A stretch of 64,000 nucleotides of DNA from Glycera tridactyla (Eukaryota), in NCBI GenBank assembly GCA_965644265.1, contig OZ286460.1, positions 21,638,001 through 21,702,000 on the forward strand. Reading direction: 5' to 3'. The position numbers were made by a program, and so were the translations under genes. The notes beneath the pieces are model-generated. The model was given only the letters and a program-made list of their open reading frames with translations. It was not told the origin of the DNA and did no database searches. Positions 24,085 to 38,800 of this stretch are shown piece by piece (the stretch's first letter is position 1; each line of letters starts with the position of its first letter).

Positions 24085-24345
24085 TTATGTTTTTTTGTGG
24101 TGTAATGGCATGTATTAACCCACAGGATTATGTATGCCGTGTGTTCCTGGTCAATGAAAGCTAGATGATCTCTCCCCTGCAGACATCACTCTCACAAACC
24201 CTGAACACAAGATGATGGGGAACCTGAAAGGTTGTCAAGTGGAAGTAGCTGACAGTTCAGACACACCTCTAACTACACAATATGAACAGAGTGAACCTGA
24301 TGATGGCATATCTAACTATGTAAGTGGCTGGAAGCCATGCTATGG
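24085..24345 (-). mobile_element. SINE-like dispersed repeat, near full length
   Basis: Aligns over ~250 bp with 54765-55015. Confidence 0.7.
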
Positions 24346-25307
24346 TAAATGCACTGATGGAGGTGAGAGTGTCAAACCAGAAGCTAACTAATCTCATACC
24401 TACCCCAGAAATAATTTCTTACTGCCCAAAAAATATCCAACCAAATTTTAATTGCACAAATTTTCCTTCATGGTCATGAAACATGTATCTTAGTATGGAT
24501 TTTCCCATTATTTTCAAAACATCAGTATGTGAAATTCAAACTTTTCAAGGCCTTGAATTTACCCTGCTCCTTACTTCTTCAAAATGTGATAATGAGTAGG
24601 ATATTTGTGGATGTAAGAGGATTCAAGCTGAAGTGGATCCATCAGAGGAAAACTGGGAGAGACTTCCAATACTATGATAGGATCCTAGGCTCCTATGAAT
24701 TGGTGGTTTTGCTGGTGGATATATAGATATGAAAGGGTGAATTCCATCTGAAAAGCATGGGTGCAGTGAAACCAGCGGAGATCAACTCAGAAGATATCAC
24801 CTCATTTGAGAGACTGCCCATATTTTGTGTGGTGTCACTGCAAGTTTCACTATCAAATTTATTTCAAATATCATCTCTGAACCACTGTGGGGCTTATATA
24901 TACACACCTGCTTGACCTGAAATATATTTGGATTTTTCCATGTATCTATACATCACTATTTACATGTATGTGATAACTGTCAAAAATATGTAATTTGCAT
25001 ACTTTCAATGGTACAAATTTGTACATGAATCCAATAATACTGTATTCTAACACTACAAAGTGCACATGAAGTACAGGAAGGAGTCTCCGTGGACACAAAA
25101 TCAACATCCGATGACATTCAAGATATCTGCCATGGTCACATTCCAACTGCCACCTGGAACTCAGGAGGACTCTTCAAAGGAGTAAACTATGAGCGTTGTC
25201 TGGATGTCACAATATTGCACTTATTGTGATGAACCCCGAACATTGGAACCAAAGTTACAATCTCATAATTTCTGATACCAACATATCTACTGGTTTTCTC
25301 AAACATA

Positions 25308-25465
25308 CAGACAAACCTCCCTACAAAGACCACCTCTCTTCAAAGGCTACACTGAGCTGCGACCATGGTAGTATTCCCAACAGTAAATGACCTGTATAAA
25401 AACAACCAACCTATAAAGGCCACTTTTTGATGCGACCAAAGGCGGTCTTTATAGAGGCTCGACTG
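25308..25465. mobile_element. TA-flanked MITE, family A
   Basis: TA|cagacaaacct...aggctcgactg|TA; ctgagctgcgacc core. Confidence 0.75.
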
Positions 25466-26667
25466 TAGCTGGTAAAAAGCTGTCTGCACGATATACTATA
25501 TACCAAACAAGACATAAGGCTAATTATAGCATATGTGCAAAATTGTAGGTCCAACTGTGTAAATTAACACAGCATATGATGGGTAAGCATCTAGAGGTAA
25601 GAACATCTCAATGACCTGACTGGTGCATCTCTGCACATTTCTCTGTGTACTGACATCATGAGGTTATAATAGTGATTTTCTCTAACTACGCCGCAATATG
25701 GGTACTGAACATTTCAAGAAGGAAGATTAACATGCACATGATTATTGCAACATAAAAAAGGATGTATGTAGTCAAGAAAAGGCTGCATATCTTCTGAGAA
25801 AATGTTTAACTTCTCCCTCTAGCTGCATTGATGATTATGGCTTGACATTAGTCAGTGCCAATTTGGGTTGCCACACATCTCATGCATGCCAGAGCCCACC
25901 AGGTCAACTTGAACTCTATGAGCACAAATGAGTAATGCATCTAGAACTAAATCTTTATGGCATTTTGGGGATCTGATGACTAACATATGCTCCCTCCACA
26001 CAACCTTCCATGGGGTCTGAGATACTCATTGTTACCAGGCGGGAAGAAAAATACAAATTGATAAAAATTGAATGTGAAGGTTTTCGCTCTTGGACAGGTG
26101 TCACATATGCAGCCATCTTGAAATCCTAGTGAAACACTAGAATGTGGATCACACTGCTAGGATTGCACAGGCATAAAAAACATGATGTGTATCTTCAGAA
26201 TTATTATAAATCACGCAGGTACTGTAGATGATTGATTGGTCCTTTATGTACTTCAGGACAGAAGGATCAATGTCCTGCATTGTTTACAGCAGATTTCTAG
26301 TCAGTACATGGAGAAACTTGAGAAACTTTCATACATTGATTTAATTGAACACACTCGTCCTGAGTGAACACAGTGAAAAATAGTCTTGTGAACTGGAATA
26401 TAACATTCATGCTTACTACTCAAACAAGTTCAAGAAAAAAACAGTTCAGGGATAGATTCAACAGTTGCAGCTTACCAAAATTATCACCAGATTATTTGAT
26501 CTAAATGTGCAGATTTGATCTGCAAAGTATACACTGACTGCCCACAACCATCATCACACTCTAAATTATCCCATCACAAGGCAAACAAAGAAAGACATAT
26601 ATTTCTGTATCACAAACCAGTAACAATTGCCCCATATCACATAAGCAGCATCCAATCATCTCCCTTG

Positions 26668-26811
26668 TTACATAAGCAGTTGAATGAGATCAACCAATGA
26701 GATTGCCCGGTTGTACTCTGAATGAGATTCGGGCAGTTGATTCACAACTTGGGCGAGAAGTGCTGCTATATCTTGGACTGGTACCGATGGATTCCGTAAC
26801 AAACTGGTGTC
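26668..26811 (-). CDS. RAB3GAP2: RAB3GAP2 last coding exon ([14 protein letters not shown]...LIQLLM*)
   Basis: tttttcag acceptor; 48 codons including TAA. Confidence 0.88.
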   Translation of the reverse strand, partial: DTSLLRNPSVPVQDIAALLAQVVNQLPESHSEYNRAISLVDLIQLLM

Positions 26812-29800
26812 CTGAAAAAAATCAATGCAGAGTTGCACAACTATCAACATGGACAAATAGGTGGTAATAAATTCATACATACAATATCAGCATGTTGCAA
26901 TCAGAGATCTGAACTAGTATTTGATTTGCATCTATAACTAAGTGAAGAATGATCAGTCTCTATGACAAACTTCATTGATGTAATTAATTTTAGCGATATC
27001 ATCATTTTTTATCATCNNNNNNNNNNNNNNNNNNNNNNNNNNNNNNNNNNNNNNNNNNNNNNNNNNNNNNNNNNNNNNNNNNNNNNNNNNNNNNNNNNNN
27101 NNNNNNNNNNNNNNNNNNNNNNNNNNNNNNNNNNNNNNNNNNNNNNNNNNNNNNNNNCTTCCTCCATTGCTCACATGATAACAAACAGGATATTGAAATC
27201 TAGTCTCTGAGAGCCACATTTCAGATGATGCTTTGTCATCCTGTCAGTGGGTCCATCAACTCACCATGGACTTGAGCCAAGATGACATAGTAGGCGAACA
27301 TTTGGACCGTGTCTCAACACCGCCACTGGGATCATTCTCAAAGATGTAATTTGCGAGTCGCTGACCAGCTATCAGCAATAACTGGTAGCCCATGGATGGG
27401 TGATCGTTGACACTTAACAACACCTGAAACATCAATAGGTACGTTGAAACTGTGTTTCACGATACACCATTGAAATGTACAAATTACATTTTTCAGAAAT
27501 CATCTGATTTATTGTGGATTTGAACCTTGGATCTCCAGCATGGCACCATCTGCTTAGCCTGTGAAGGAGTAAGCTGACCTACATGCTGAGCTATGTGGAC
27601 CACCTCAAAAAAAGTGGCCACAGCACAGCTAAGTGCACCGTCATACCCATGTTCAAGCCGTTTTGTGAAATTTTCATGCAATGGGAGATGGTTAGGGTAC
27701 CATTTGGACCGTGTCTCAACACCGCCGCTGGGATCATGGTCAATAGGTGCCATTTGCTACATATACAGTCGAACCTGCTCTGAAGACCACCTCTCTATAG
27801 AGACCACCTCTCTATAATGACCACCTGAGCTGCGACCACGGTAGTATTTTCAACAGTAAATTACCTCTCTATAAAGACCACCTGCCCATAAAGAGCGCTT
27901 TTTTTATGCGACCGGACGCGGTCTTTATAGACAGGTGTGACTGTATGTAATAGCTTATTCATTGAAATCCAGTGGCACTGCAAGTATTTGTCACTGCTTC
28001 TGTTTTTCCGTATGGAAAGCATCACTCATACCCTTTCTCATTCTGCCATTACAGGAAAAAAGCACGATTTTATAGTTTTCACTGGGCAATCAGGTATCTT
28101 GAGGGATTGGGCTCTATACATGTATACATATGAATGGTTGATTCCAGACAGTCCTAGTTTGGTCAGATTCTTACCCTAAGCAGACACTATAATTGACATT
28201 CAAGGGTCCTTTCATACCACACAATAAATAGTGGAATATCACCTCATACATATTCAAATTTCCCCCCCCCCCCCCCAATGAATGTGAATTGAATGCCCAT
28301 TAAACCTGTCAACAAAAGTCAACCTCAGTCATACCAAGAGGTTTCTGTATGCAGGTGGCCCAAAGTAGGGAGGGGTTATATTGTAAACTGCTACAGTGAA
28401 ACCTAAAATGGGAGACCCAAATAAGAGACCACCTCCGACCGGAGACCGCTCTGCAGGGCAACCATCTTACTTGATAAAGTCAAATATACCTCCGAAAGAG
28501 ACCACTTTTTGGTTTCACTGTACCATAGGAGTGTGAAACGTGGCCACTACAGTCAGGTGGCTTCTTTGGAGAGCTGGCCTTCGGGCGAATCTTGATAGTA
28601 TAGTACAAAATGTCATACCTCTTCAGCCACTTTATCATGTCCACTTGAGTAGAGCTCACAGACATGATGTCTCCGTATATCATCATCCTCGACACACAGT
28701 TCCTTTGTCAGTCGCATCACCATGGCAACCCAGCGTGCATAGACGCCACTCTTGTGCAGAGGTGATGAGGGCGGAGGTGATGATGGAGGGGTGGATGAGA
28801 TGGAAGAGAGCGGGGAGGTTTTGATGCTCGACAAAGGTGATGATGTCACATTGGCAAGGGGACTAGTGGTGGGACTTGTTATCGTCAGAACTGCCTGTGT
28901 TATTACTCTTGTCAGAAACTGCAAAAGAATGTACACCATTCAAAAATGAATGAGAAGACCTTCGTCTTGAAACATATGTACAAATTCAAAGCAAGAAGAG
29001 GATCAACAAATCAGGCTACCTTTATAATATTTTTGCCACAGCAAAAAGTCTACACAGATATTCTGCAAGGCATCATAAAGTACAGTCAAACTTGTCCTAG
29101 GAGAAATTGTCCTACCAGCCACTTTGCTGCCAAAGGTTTTTTCCACTATGATTCATCTCCCCACGAGTGGCTGCTTGTGACAGGTCTGACTTATCAGATA
29201 AATAGCAGGCAATTGAAATACTTCACATATCCATATATCAAAACATGTAGATACACCTGTATCAAAAGCCAGTATATCCCAGATGGAAATTAGATTCTGA
29301 TGTTTAAGCCTCTTCCATCATATGAAAGACCTTTTGTATAGATAAATATCTTCCATTATCAGTAAATTGTATTCATGAGGCCTATCTTTCTGTTTAATCA
29401 ACCACATGTACACTTTCATGATGATGAGGAACATCATGTGAAGCCAATTCTCAGCACTGGCAAAAGCCAACCTACCGACTTCCGTGATGTGCGGAGCGCT
29501 TCTTCAACAACACGGCACTGAAGCAGTGGCTTTGAATCTAATGGACGGAAAAATGCATCGCGACCCTATTGACAAAAAGCAAACACAAAAATACAGTATG
29601 AACCAAGCAAATTGCAATCTTGGTCCATCACCAAATTCATCCAGCCTTCATTTTCAGTCCCAGTTGGATGCTGAAAATTGAGGTTCGGGTTTTATCTACG
29701 ATCTTCACTCGCGACTGATATCCATACTTTAAGGAGGCATTAAAGAATAGTTGACTCGTTTATCAGACTTGCTTAAGCCACCCTTACATAGGCTTGGCGA

Positions 29801-32800
29801 CGTCTCGCGCCTGGTTGCGCTCGAAATCTACGAGAAATCACGGTGGGACGCGTAAAAAATGATAATTTTTTTTGCTTTCTCGCGCTTGGCCATGCTCCCT
29901 CGCGCCTTATGGCGCCTGCTCACGCTTGACAGCGGTTTTTCTCACCCGATCGCTGGTGCTAAGCCGCGCTCGATGGAGTCTGATGGAGCCTGGCTATACT
30001 CCACGGCGCCATTCTGCACTCTTTCCCGCACTCATTGGAGCCTTACTACGCTCCAACGTCGCAGGGCTCCACCGGGCGCTGATGAGCGCACACCTAGTAG
30101 TCACCGCGCTCCTTGGCGCTTCAATGTGCTCGCCTGCGACACCACTGCGCTCCCTTGCGCCTGCTCTGCTTTGCTTGCGTTTCTATCAATTTCTCGGGCT
30201 CGACCGCGGAAGTTTTGAACATTTTGAAATTTGCTCCGCGCTCAGAAAACGCCAGGCGCCCATTAGCGCTCACTTGCATTCGTCCCTGCTCGTCCACGCT
30301 CCATAGTGTTCCCCTTGGCGCTCGACTGCATTCAGCCTACGCAGTCGAGCGCGAGGAGTCGCCGGCCCTATGTAAGGGTGGCTTTACAAACAGTGATTTT
30401 ACATCAAATTTTCAGCATCAGCCATTAACAATTGTGAGTCAAAAGGTGACTGGAAAACATTCAACTGAACATGAAATGAATATGACCAGCAGAATACATA
30501 CCTTCTCATCAAACATCGAAAGTGGTTTGACAGACTTCATGTTGAATGTGAGAACTGCATACATGAGCACACACAGCTGGAAATGATGTTCGACAAGCTC
30601 GAGATTTGTCTCCTGTTCTGCTGCCAGTTCAACCAATGATTGGGGGCCTTGAACGCTCACCCAGAGATCCTCAACATTGAACACTGGCACTTCACGGGAA
30701 TCGTGTCGGGACTAACAAAGAAAGAATAAATTGCGATTCAACAACTGACTACATTCACTATTATCATAAGTTTCATCAACTATGGATATGGAATCAGGTT
30801 GCAATAGTCATCTTAGGGGCACAAGATTATAGCTTTTCTTCTTTCTTTTTTCAAGCGTGAAGTTGTTGCAGCTGTTGAGTATTACCAGATCATTGGATTG
30901 ATCAAAAGAACCAATCACCGATTGTTTAGCATCTCTATGCTGAAAGCTACATATTTGCATCAAGATGTGCAGACTGGACTGTCCTCCATTTTCTTCCATA
31001 TCTAAATAGTGATTCAGATGGATGAGAATGAAATCACCAATACCCCAAATAATGTATGAACAATTCATTAAAAGGCCTCTATTCACTTCTTATAGTAAAA
31101 TTTGTGCCTGTGGGCCATCACTTTCCCACATGGAGATTCATGCAACATATACAACACTGGTGCATTGCATGGCTACCATATGACTGGGTTGAAAAAATAA
31201 ATACAAGCTGGAGAAAAGAGCAATCCCACCAGGGAACTTCCCCCATCTGCAAAATAACACAGTTGATATTTTACTCGCAAATAGCATATATATTCTAACA
31301 CACATGGCTGGCCTTTGATAATAGCCAGGATCCTACATGGAGCCGATCAAAAGGTGTTATCTATGAGATAATCTTGTTTCACTGCATACCTGGATCATGG
31401 TATCAATAATCTCAACAGCCAAACCAATGAAGCTCTTCAGTGCAATATTGTTCAAGCCAACGTCCTACAACAAACAACGAAGAAAGCATTGATAGGGGGT
31501 AAATATGCAAAGGTGAATCTCTTGTTGGTGAACTTCACAAAATCAGACGTATCATATAAACATTCTTTCTATCCCTCTAAGCCCTTTCTCACTTCTACGG
31601 TGAAATGGACAGTTTGCCAATAGCAGATATTGTCATTGCCAAAAGAAGGTACCAAACACACCTGTTCTGGGTTAAATGGGCTGGGAATAGGTTCAAAAGG
31701 AAGTGTGTTGCCATTGTACATCAAGCATAGGGTATCTATAATTGTCAAGCTGGTCTGAAGTTGTTGGTTCGTGATTGAACAGATTGGTTGTGTATTCTCC
31801 GAACCCAATGTTTTTCATCGTTTCAAGCACTTCACTTAAAATGAAAGAATTGCTATGAGGTTTGAGTGTCAGCCTCCAGTTGGTTACTTAGATGTGTAAT
31901 TGCTAGGTTCAATATGTTCTTGTTTGATAGGTAGAGGTGCGTCTGAAGTGTCAGCTACTTCCACTCGAAAACCTTTCAGCTTCCCCATCATCTCATGTTC
32001 TCTGGGTTTTTCGAGAGTGATGTCTGGAGGGGAGAAAACACCTAGCTTTCATTGACCAGGAACACATGGCATACATAATCCTCTGGATTGCAGCATGCTA
32101 TCAAACCTCAACATATCATGCATCTCTTTATTTGTCTACTTTTATGGAGGGGGGGGGGGGGGGGGGAGGGTCCTGAAAGAAAATACTGACTTCATGATTG
32201 ACCCACAAATTGGCAGAATTGATTCATTTCACTATGGGAGTTGACAAATGAAATTCAGGGTCCTAATGACTGTAAACCTCCATAGAAAACTGACAATATC
32301 TCACCCTTCGACACAGGTACTCTCTTGGGGATTTTCCAACCTATAAAAGAGAAGAGATACTTTAACATGGAAGAAAAATACCCATGAATCTGACTTTAAT
32401 CTTTCCTTCAAGATAATGGCAATGGAAATTAAGTGCACAATAAATATGCAGACTAGATCCATGAATTTGTAAAAAATGCCAATCATTCATTCTATCAATA
32501 TTTCATTCACTTTTCACACTGATATCATCATTTATTCACCTATTCACTTTGAATTACCATGAACAACCAATTCAAACCAATTATAATTCATGACCAAAGT
32601 TTTTGGCACAACTGAATGCGGACTAGGAACATATCATATAGCATATCACTATCAAAAGTACTGACTATGCATAGAGCTGAGGTCAAGCCCAACCCAGCAT
32701 TTGGAAGTATTTTGGACACAACAAATATAAATTAGACCTCCTCAAAAGTCACCAAGCCAGATTTCTCTTAGGCTGATGTCAGGCTACAAAGATATTCAGA

Positions 32801-35800
32801 ACCAATATCATGAAACATCTCTGAATCACCCAAGCACAATCAGCATGGAAGCTTTCAGTGGCATCATAGACATTGCTTAAATCACATTCATAATGTTGCA
32901 CCATCCCCGACATGTAGTGAGCATGGGGATCACTAAATTCTAGTGAGCATGGGGATCACTAAATTGCAGGGGAGGAAGGGTCCTTGAAACTGCAATATAT
33001 TGGGATGCAGTTCCAAAATTAATCAAAATACTGGTTTGATAGAAAATAATATGCCAGGGTAGATTCCTGTCAAAGTAAAAAGAGGAATTCTGGTGAAAGT
33101 TCTCGTTGGGCTCAGATTTTCCTTAGTGAACATGATGTGTATGAATATAATTTGAGATAAGGTGAAGATTGTTGTGGTGTTCACGTATCTCACATCGTTC
33201 TCACCTTCTCCATCAGCTTAGCAGTTGCCTGCACTTTATCAACCATAAACGTCCTCCACATCATGCTGGAAACACCTGCAAAGTATGAATTTGAATTTGA
33301 CAATATCAGCCAGCATGGGTTGATTCTGTCTGGTTTGTTTTTTCCTGAATATAAACATAGTGCTTCAGAGTCTCCAAAAGGATCACTCAGCCTTACAACT
33401 ACATTCGTCAATACCATCATATTCATTTTCATAGTATCACATATCTCAGGACATCAAAGCTGGCCTGCAAATTTTACATCAGCAGGTGGATGAGTAGTTT
33501 GTTGTTTTTTTCCTCAATACTATATCATGATGAATAGATGCACCTACTAAGTTAGACATGCCTTCCTACTGCATGAATATATCTCACGATTCATGATGCT
33601 AAGAGTTGTTCTCTCACAAACGGAACAACTACCAAATGATCCCAATGGTAATGATAATGAACGAATACAACAATTAAAATTTAGCTCATCATCATACATC
33701 TACATCCTTTTTTTTCTCGAAACAATCCAATAGGAATTAAAATCTTCCAAGTTCTTTTATAATCATGATGCAGAATAAAACATTTGATATTTTCAATAAA
33801 TATGTTGTGACAACTCCTCATCCGGACTATCACAAGCCATTCAGGAGCATTGGTATGTTTGTTTGTTTGTTTGGGTTTGATGTCCTTTCAACCACCTTTG
33901 GTTATATCAGACTGAAAAACAGAAAATGCTGAAGAAAAGAGGCAACCCCTGTTGGGGGCTGTCGCTACTCTTTGCAAATGACAGAAGTGGTTCTTGTGCA
34001 TACAGGAACAGACTCCCATACACATGGCTAGCCTTCGATATCCCAGTCGGCATGCACTGGGTATTCCTACCCCTCATAATCTGTGATCTCTCATGTGGTA
34101 TATAGTATAATGCTATTCAATGCTTTTGCTCCTTTCAGAAAATCACCACATCACAGCTCCAGCTCCTTTATTATACATATTCCAGTTCATCCTGTCAATG
34201 GAGTGTTCACTCACCATGCTGTAGGACTCCATTGTTGATGCACTTCAAATATTCGACAGCTTGCTCAAGAGGAAATAACACCTATGAAATAAGGAACAAT
34301 ATGAATGAAGGTTTGCTTCCATGATTCCAAAAATTTAAGGACAGACTGGAATTCACTGGATTGGTGAGGGGGTGGGGGGGGGGGGGGGAGTGTGCAGTGG
34401 CATCTAGTCAATATCTGCATGCATTTGTATATCTTGAGCTCATATTCTGTTGATGTTTAGGTGGGTCTCTTGTCAGTTTTCACTATTGGCAGACCTAAAC
34501 TCCTACATTGAATGTCTGTTGGGATCACATAGGGACACACAGGCAAACCTGTAGATTTCAGTTAGTGAGCCCTTGCATGTCGTGGGACAAGTCACAATAT
34601 AATTGACCAACACCTATTCATCAATGGTTGATGGGGATCAAAGCTGGGCCAGTGGACCGATAGTTATGTGATACCGTACCAATGGACTGAGAAGGCAAAG
34701 AGGGGGGGGGGGGGGGGGGGGGGAATCCTGGGCCCAATAATCCAAAGTTTGCATGACCCTCCCAGGGTTGCATCAAGGATTTTTTAAATTAGGGGGCATA
34801 TGCCCCCTCAACTTCAAGAAACAGGGGAATTTCTTCAAATAACACAAAGTGCGTACACCTAATATCAGACTGCAGCCACCTTGTTGGCGAAGGGGGCATT
34901 GTGGCCCTCGACTGCCTTGAAAAGGGGCCCACAGTTTATAAAATGTGTAGAACGCCTCTCTGCCCCTCTCTGGATGCAAACCTGCCCTACTCCCCTCAGA
35001 CAAGCCATAGGCCCCAGGCATCCCAGGAGACACAATAACCTACCTCTGGGTCTTTGTTCCAGTGTACAGCATACTCCCATGCACAATTAGCCATTAGAAT
35101 GTCAGATCCCAAACTGTGGGGTAACCGCTTCTGGACAGCTTGTAGGCGTGCTGCACAAATAAATAAAATCATAACACACTCAGTCAGGTATTTGAATCAG
35201 CTTTCAGTCCCAAGAAATTCTGTTTGTTCTATAAAAAAATCTGAATAATCAAGAATACACATGTATTCTGACAGCTACTGGCAACAATTCATCAGATGAG
35301 ATCAGAACAAATGTAACTAGAACTGTAATCCAGAGGATGACTAATGCCCCCCCCCCCCACTCACTCCAGCCAATGTGAACTTATGAGCACCACAAACTAA
35401 CATTCAAGATGACAGCCTCAGATTTGGGTACTGTAGCCATAGTGTACCAACAGTTAGCAATGTAGANNNNNNNNNNNNNNNNNNNNNNNNNNNNNNNNNN
35501 NNNNNNNNNNNNNNNNNNNNNNNNNNNNNNNNNNNNNNNNNNNNNNNNNNNNNNNNNNNNNNNNNNNNNNNNNNNNNNNNNNNNNNNNNNNNNNNNNNNN
35601 NNNNNNNNNNNNNNNNNNNNNNNNNNNNNNNNNNNNNNNNNNNNNNNNNNNNNNTTCAGCCCTTTCACAGCTGGTTATTGAAGTAGAAGTGAGCTATTGC
35701 TCCATGATGAAATCAACCAGGCATTACATAATGCAGGGAAGAATACCAGAACCCCGCGTCAATTACCGAGAGTCTTACATAAGAATGAGGTCAAAGCCAG

Positions 35801-38800
35801 GACAGGGCGCTAAGAGATCGCCTCCCGAACATCCCAGGCGTGCCGAAATCGTGGTCGGGCGGGTGAATCTCAAAGTTACACGTCTTTTTTGGGCGGGTCC
35901 TCTTCGGGGCATAGTTCTGACGGATTGCGTCTAAAAGTCGTGAAAACGAATTATAATTGTCAAATTTGCTGGCAAGTTTCATCATTTTCGTAAGCAGTAG
36001 TTCAATCGCCATCTTTGAAGCTGGAGATGAGGAAGATCCCACAGATACGTGTCGCGATCGCTGATTGGCCGAATCGAGAATCGCGGCGAAATCGACCAAT
36101 CAGCGACCTGCTTTCATGGGGCTCACAGTGGTGAGATGTCAACAACATGTGCAGACGACGGTTTTCAAGCATCTGCGCAGGTTTCGGAACAATGTGGAAG
36201 CCCATCTCACGAATGAATTTATCACATTTGGCGTGTTTTCTACGGAAATTAGACGTATATATTTACGAGTGTTTCCTCAATCCAGTTGGTATTCGTGTAC
36301 GGACGGGTTGTTTTTCGAGGCGGGCGGGTGAATTTGATTTTCACCCGCCCGAGTTTTTCTGATGTCTTCGCGCCCTGCAGGAGAAGTGTGTGTTCATTCA
36401 TGGTTCATTTCAGTCTAACACAATAGACAGTTGGAGAGAGCAACTGAGCCAGGTAGAGTTTGGCTGTCTCAAAATATGTCAACAAACTGCATGTAAAAAC
36501 CATCAAATGACAGAAAATCAAAAGTCACAGGGTCAAACAAATATGACTATGCACACCTACCCCTCATTGGTAGTGCACATACCAAAAATGGGCAGTGTAG
36601 CATCAACACAGTGGACACAGTGCGTTCCGCAAAAAAGTGTTTACGGACAGATGGACAGACAGACGGACAGACTGAATCCAGTACGCCCCCCTACCTTCGG
36701 TTGGGGGGCATAAAAATCCACTAATAATTGACAAATGAGGTTGAACCTGTCATATGCAAGCCAATAACTTGAATCACCTGTGACAGAACTTCATCCATCT
36801 GCAAATATACTTGTGAGCACCTGGCTCAAGACCATATTCTGCAGAGATTCAGTCACAGATTTCACTCTATTATTATGGTTGTAGACATTCTCCTTTAATC
36901 AAGGAACATCTGACATATCAATGAGTGTGTGGTGAGCTGTAGACATTCTCCTTTAATCAAGGAATATCTGACATATCAATGAGTGTGTGGTCAGCTGTAG
37001 ACATTCTCCTTTAATCAAGGGATATCTGACATATCAATGAGTGTGTGGTGAGCTGTAGGCATTCTCCTTTAATCCACCAGGAACATCTGACATATCAATG
37101 AGTGTGTGGTCAGCATGACATTGCTGGAAACTGGATTTACCATATATACTGGCGTATAAGTCGAGTTTTTTTAAACCAAAATTCCGAGCCAAAAACAAGG
37201 GGGTCAACTTATATGCCCGACATGTAGCATAATAAAGATTTTTCAAACCAAACATGCTCGGAGAATCCGATGCTGACCAGCTGCTGACAACGATTTTTTC
37301 TCAAATCCTGATCGCGCTTGAAAGTGGCCAGAAAACACCCGGGTGTCAATAGATAATACCAAACACAAGAATGGTGACTCTACTTTCGTATCTGATGATT
37401 TCTTTAGAAAATCCCGATGATTTCGCCATAAATGTGATGAAAACATTAGATGGAAAACAGCAATATTCGGCGTTGACAAGTGTTTTCTGCAGCAGGAAGC
37501 ATTTCATCATGAATTGGACCCATGAATCATCGATGTATGAAGGCGCGAACAACTTAACAATAGCCGGGGTACTGGGTTCTCTCACTGGTTGATGTGTCGT
37601 TCCTCTGTGATATTTTCGCCAGTATTTACAATTCGCCTCGTCATGTTTGAGCATGATTATGGGGTCGACTTATATACAAGAAATTGACTAAATCCCAACT
37701 TTTGGAGGCAAAATTGGGGGTTCGACTTATATGTCGAGTCGCCTTATATGCCAGTATATAGGGTAAGTGTTTGATTTTGTAGTCTTCTGGAAGAAGTGAT
37801 ATCTTAGGGAAACAAAAGCATCAGATACAATGATATGTGTCCATGTAAAGTACTGAGATGGATTCATACTTATGATTGGGTTCTGTGGTTCCAACTTTGT
37901 GCTCTCTGTCACTTCTCGGCCCTTCTCTACTGTCTCTTCCTGTTCTGTTGCCTCCTGGGATAGACAAAGCATTTTTGGAAGAATTTGTTGAGCTGTGATC
38001 CATTGAGCAACTAACTCTGGCAACACACCTGGAACAGATTCATAACAGCATGAGTTTATTTAATACTCCATATAATTCTCATGTATGACATAGAAATATT
38101 GATAATAGGTCATGAATTCCTACATTATTCTGACCAGTACAATACAATAAAGGACTTTACGCTAAAGGCTGCCCTACTGGTTGCCGCAGGCAGATTCAAT
38201 GATAGGGTGGGTGATTTTATCAATCCACATAAATAATAAACAAAACCATTTTCCAATCTATGATCATATGCAGATGGGAAGAGCAAGTGAAAATCCCACT
38301 TCAGCTACCTAACTGGCAGCTGAACAAAAAAGTTAATTTAGAGACCAGCAATATGACAAGGGTCTGACCCACAAGGATTGTAACTTAAAATTCAAAGACC
38401 TGAACATGAAACTTACGTCGTCCGCCATCCAGCACTCTTTTCACTGAGACGAGAATCGGTCGGTGGTCAATGGATCCCGGTACACTAACGGGAGAACTTG
38501 GCTTGATGCTTGGTTTAGTCTTTAGCAACGTTTGGAAGACCAGAAGATCATCAAGTTGTTTAATAAGAACTGTCCACTGAGTGCGGTCGATTGTCACTGA
38601 CTCCCACTCTGATAAATTTAGCTGACCGGATTCCGTGCTTGAAGACATTTTATCATCAGTAGGCTGAAAAGAAAAGATGTAATATTTCATAAGATCCCAT
38701 CAATGTTATTCACAGATTCAATAAAACCCAGACAGATATCCAAAGATTGTGATAGGAAAATGTCAATGGTGCACATCATTGGAGAACCACTTATTCTGAA

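Noticed and set aside
29859-30586. Overlapping 119-157-aa ORFs
   Set aside because: They lie within or run out of a GC-rich MITE and show no transposase or other motif.
36880-37114. Regular repeats resembling a CRISPR array
   Set aside because: The units are head-to-tail with no unique spacers, the context is eukaryotic, and there are no cas genes.
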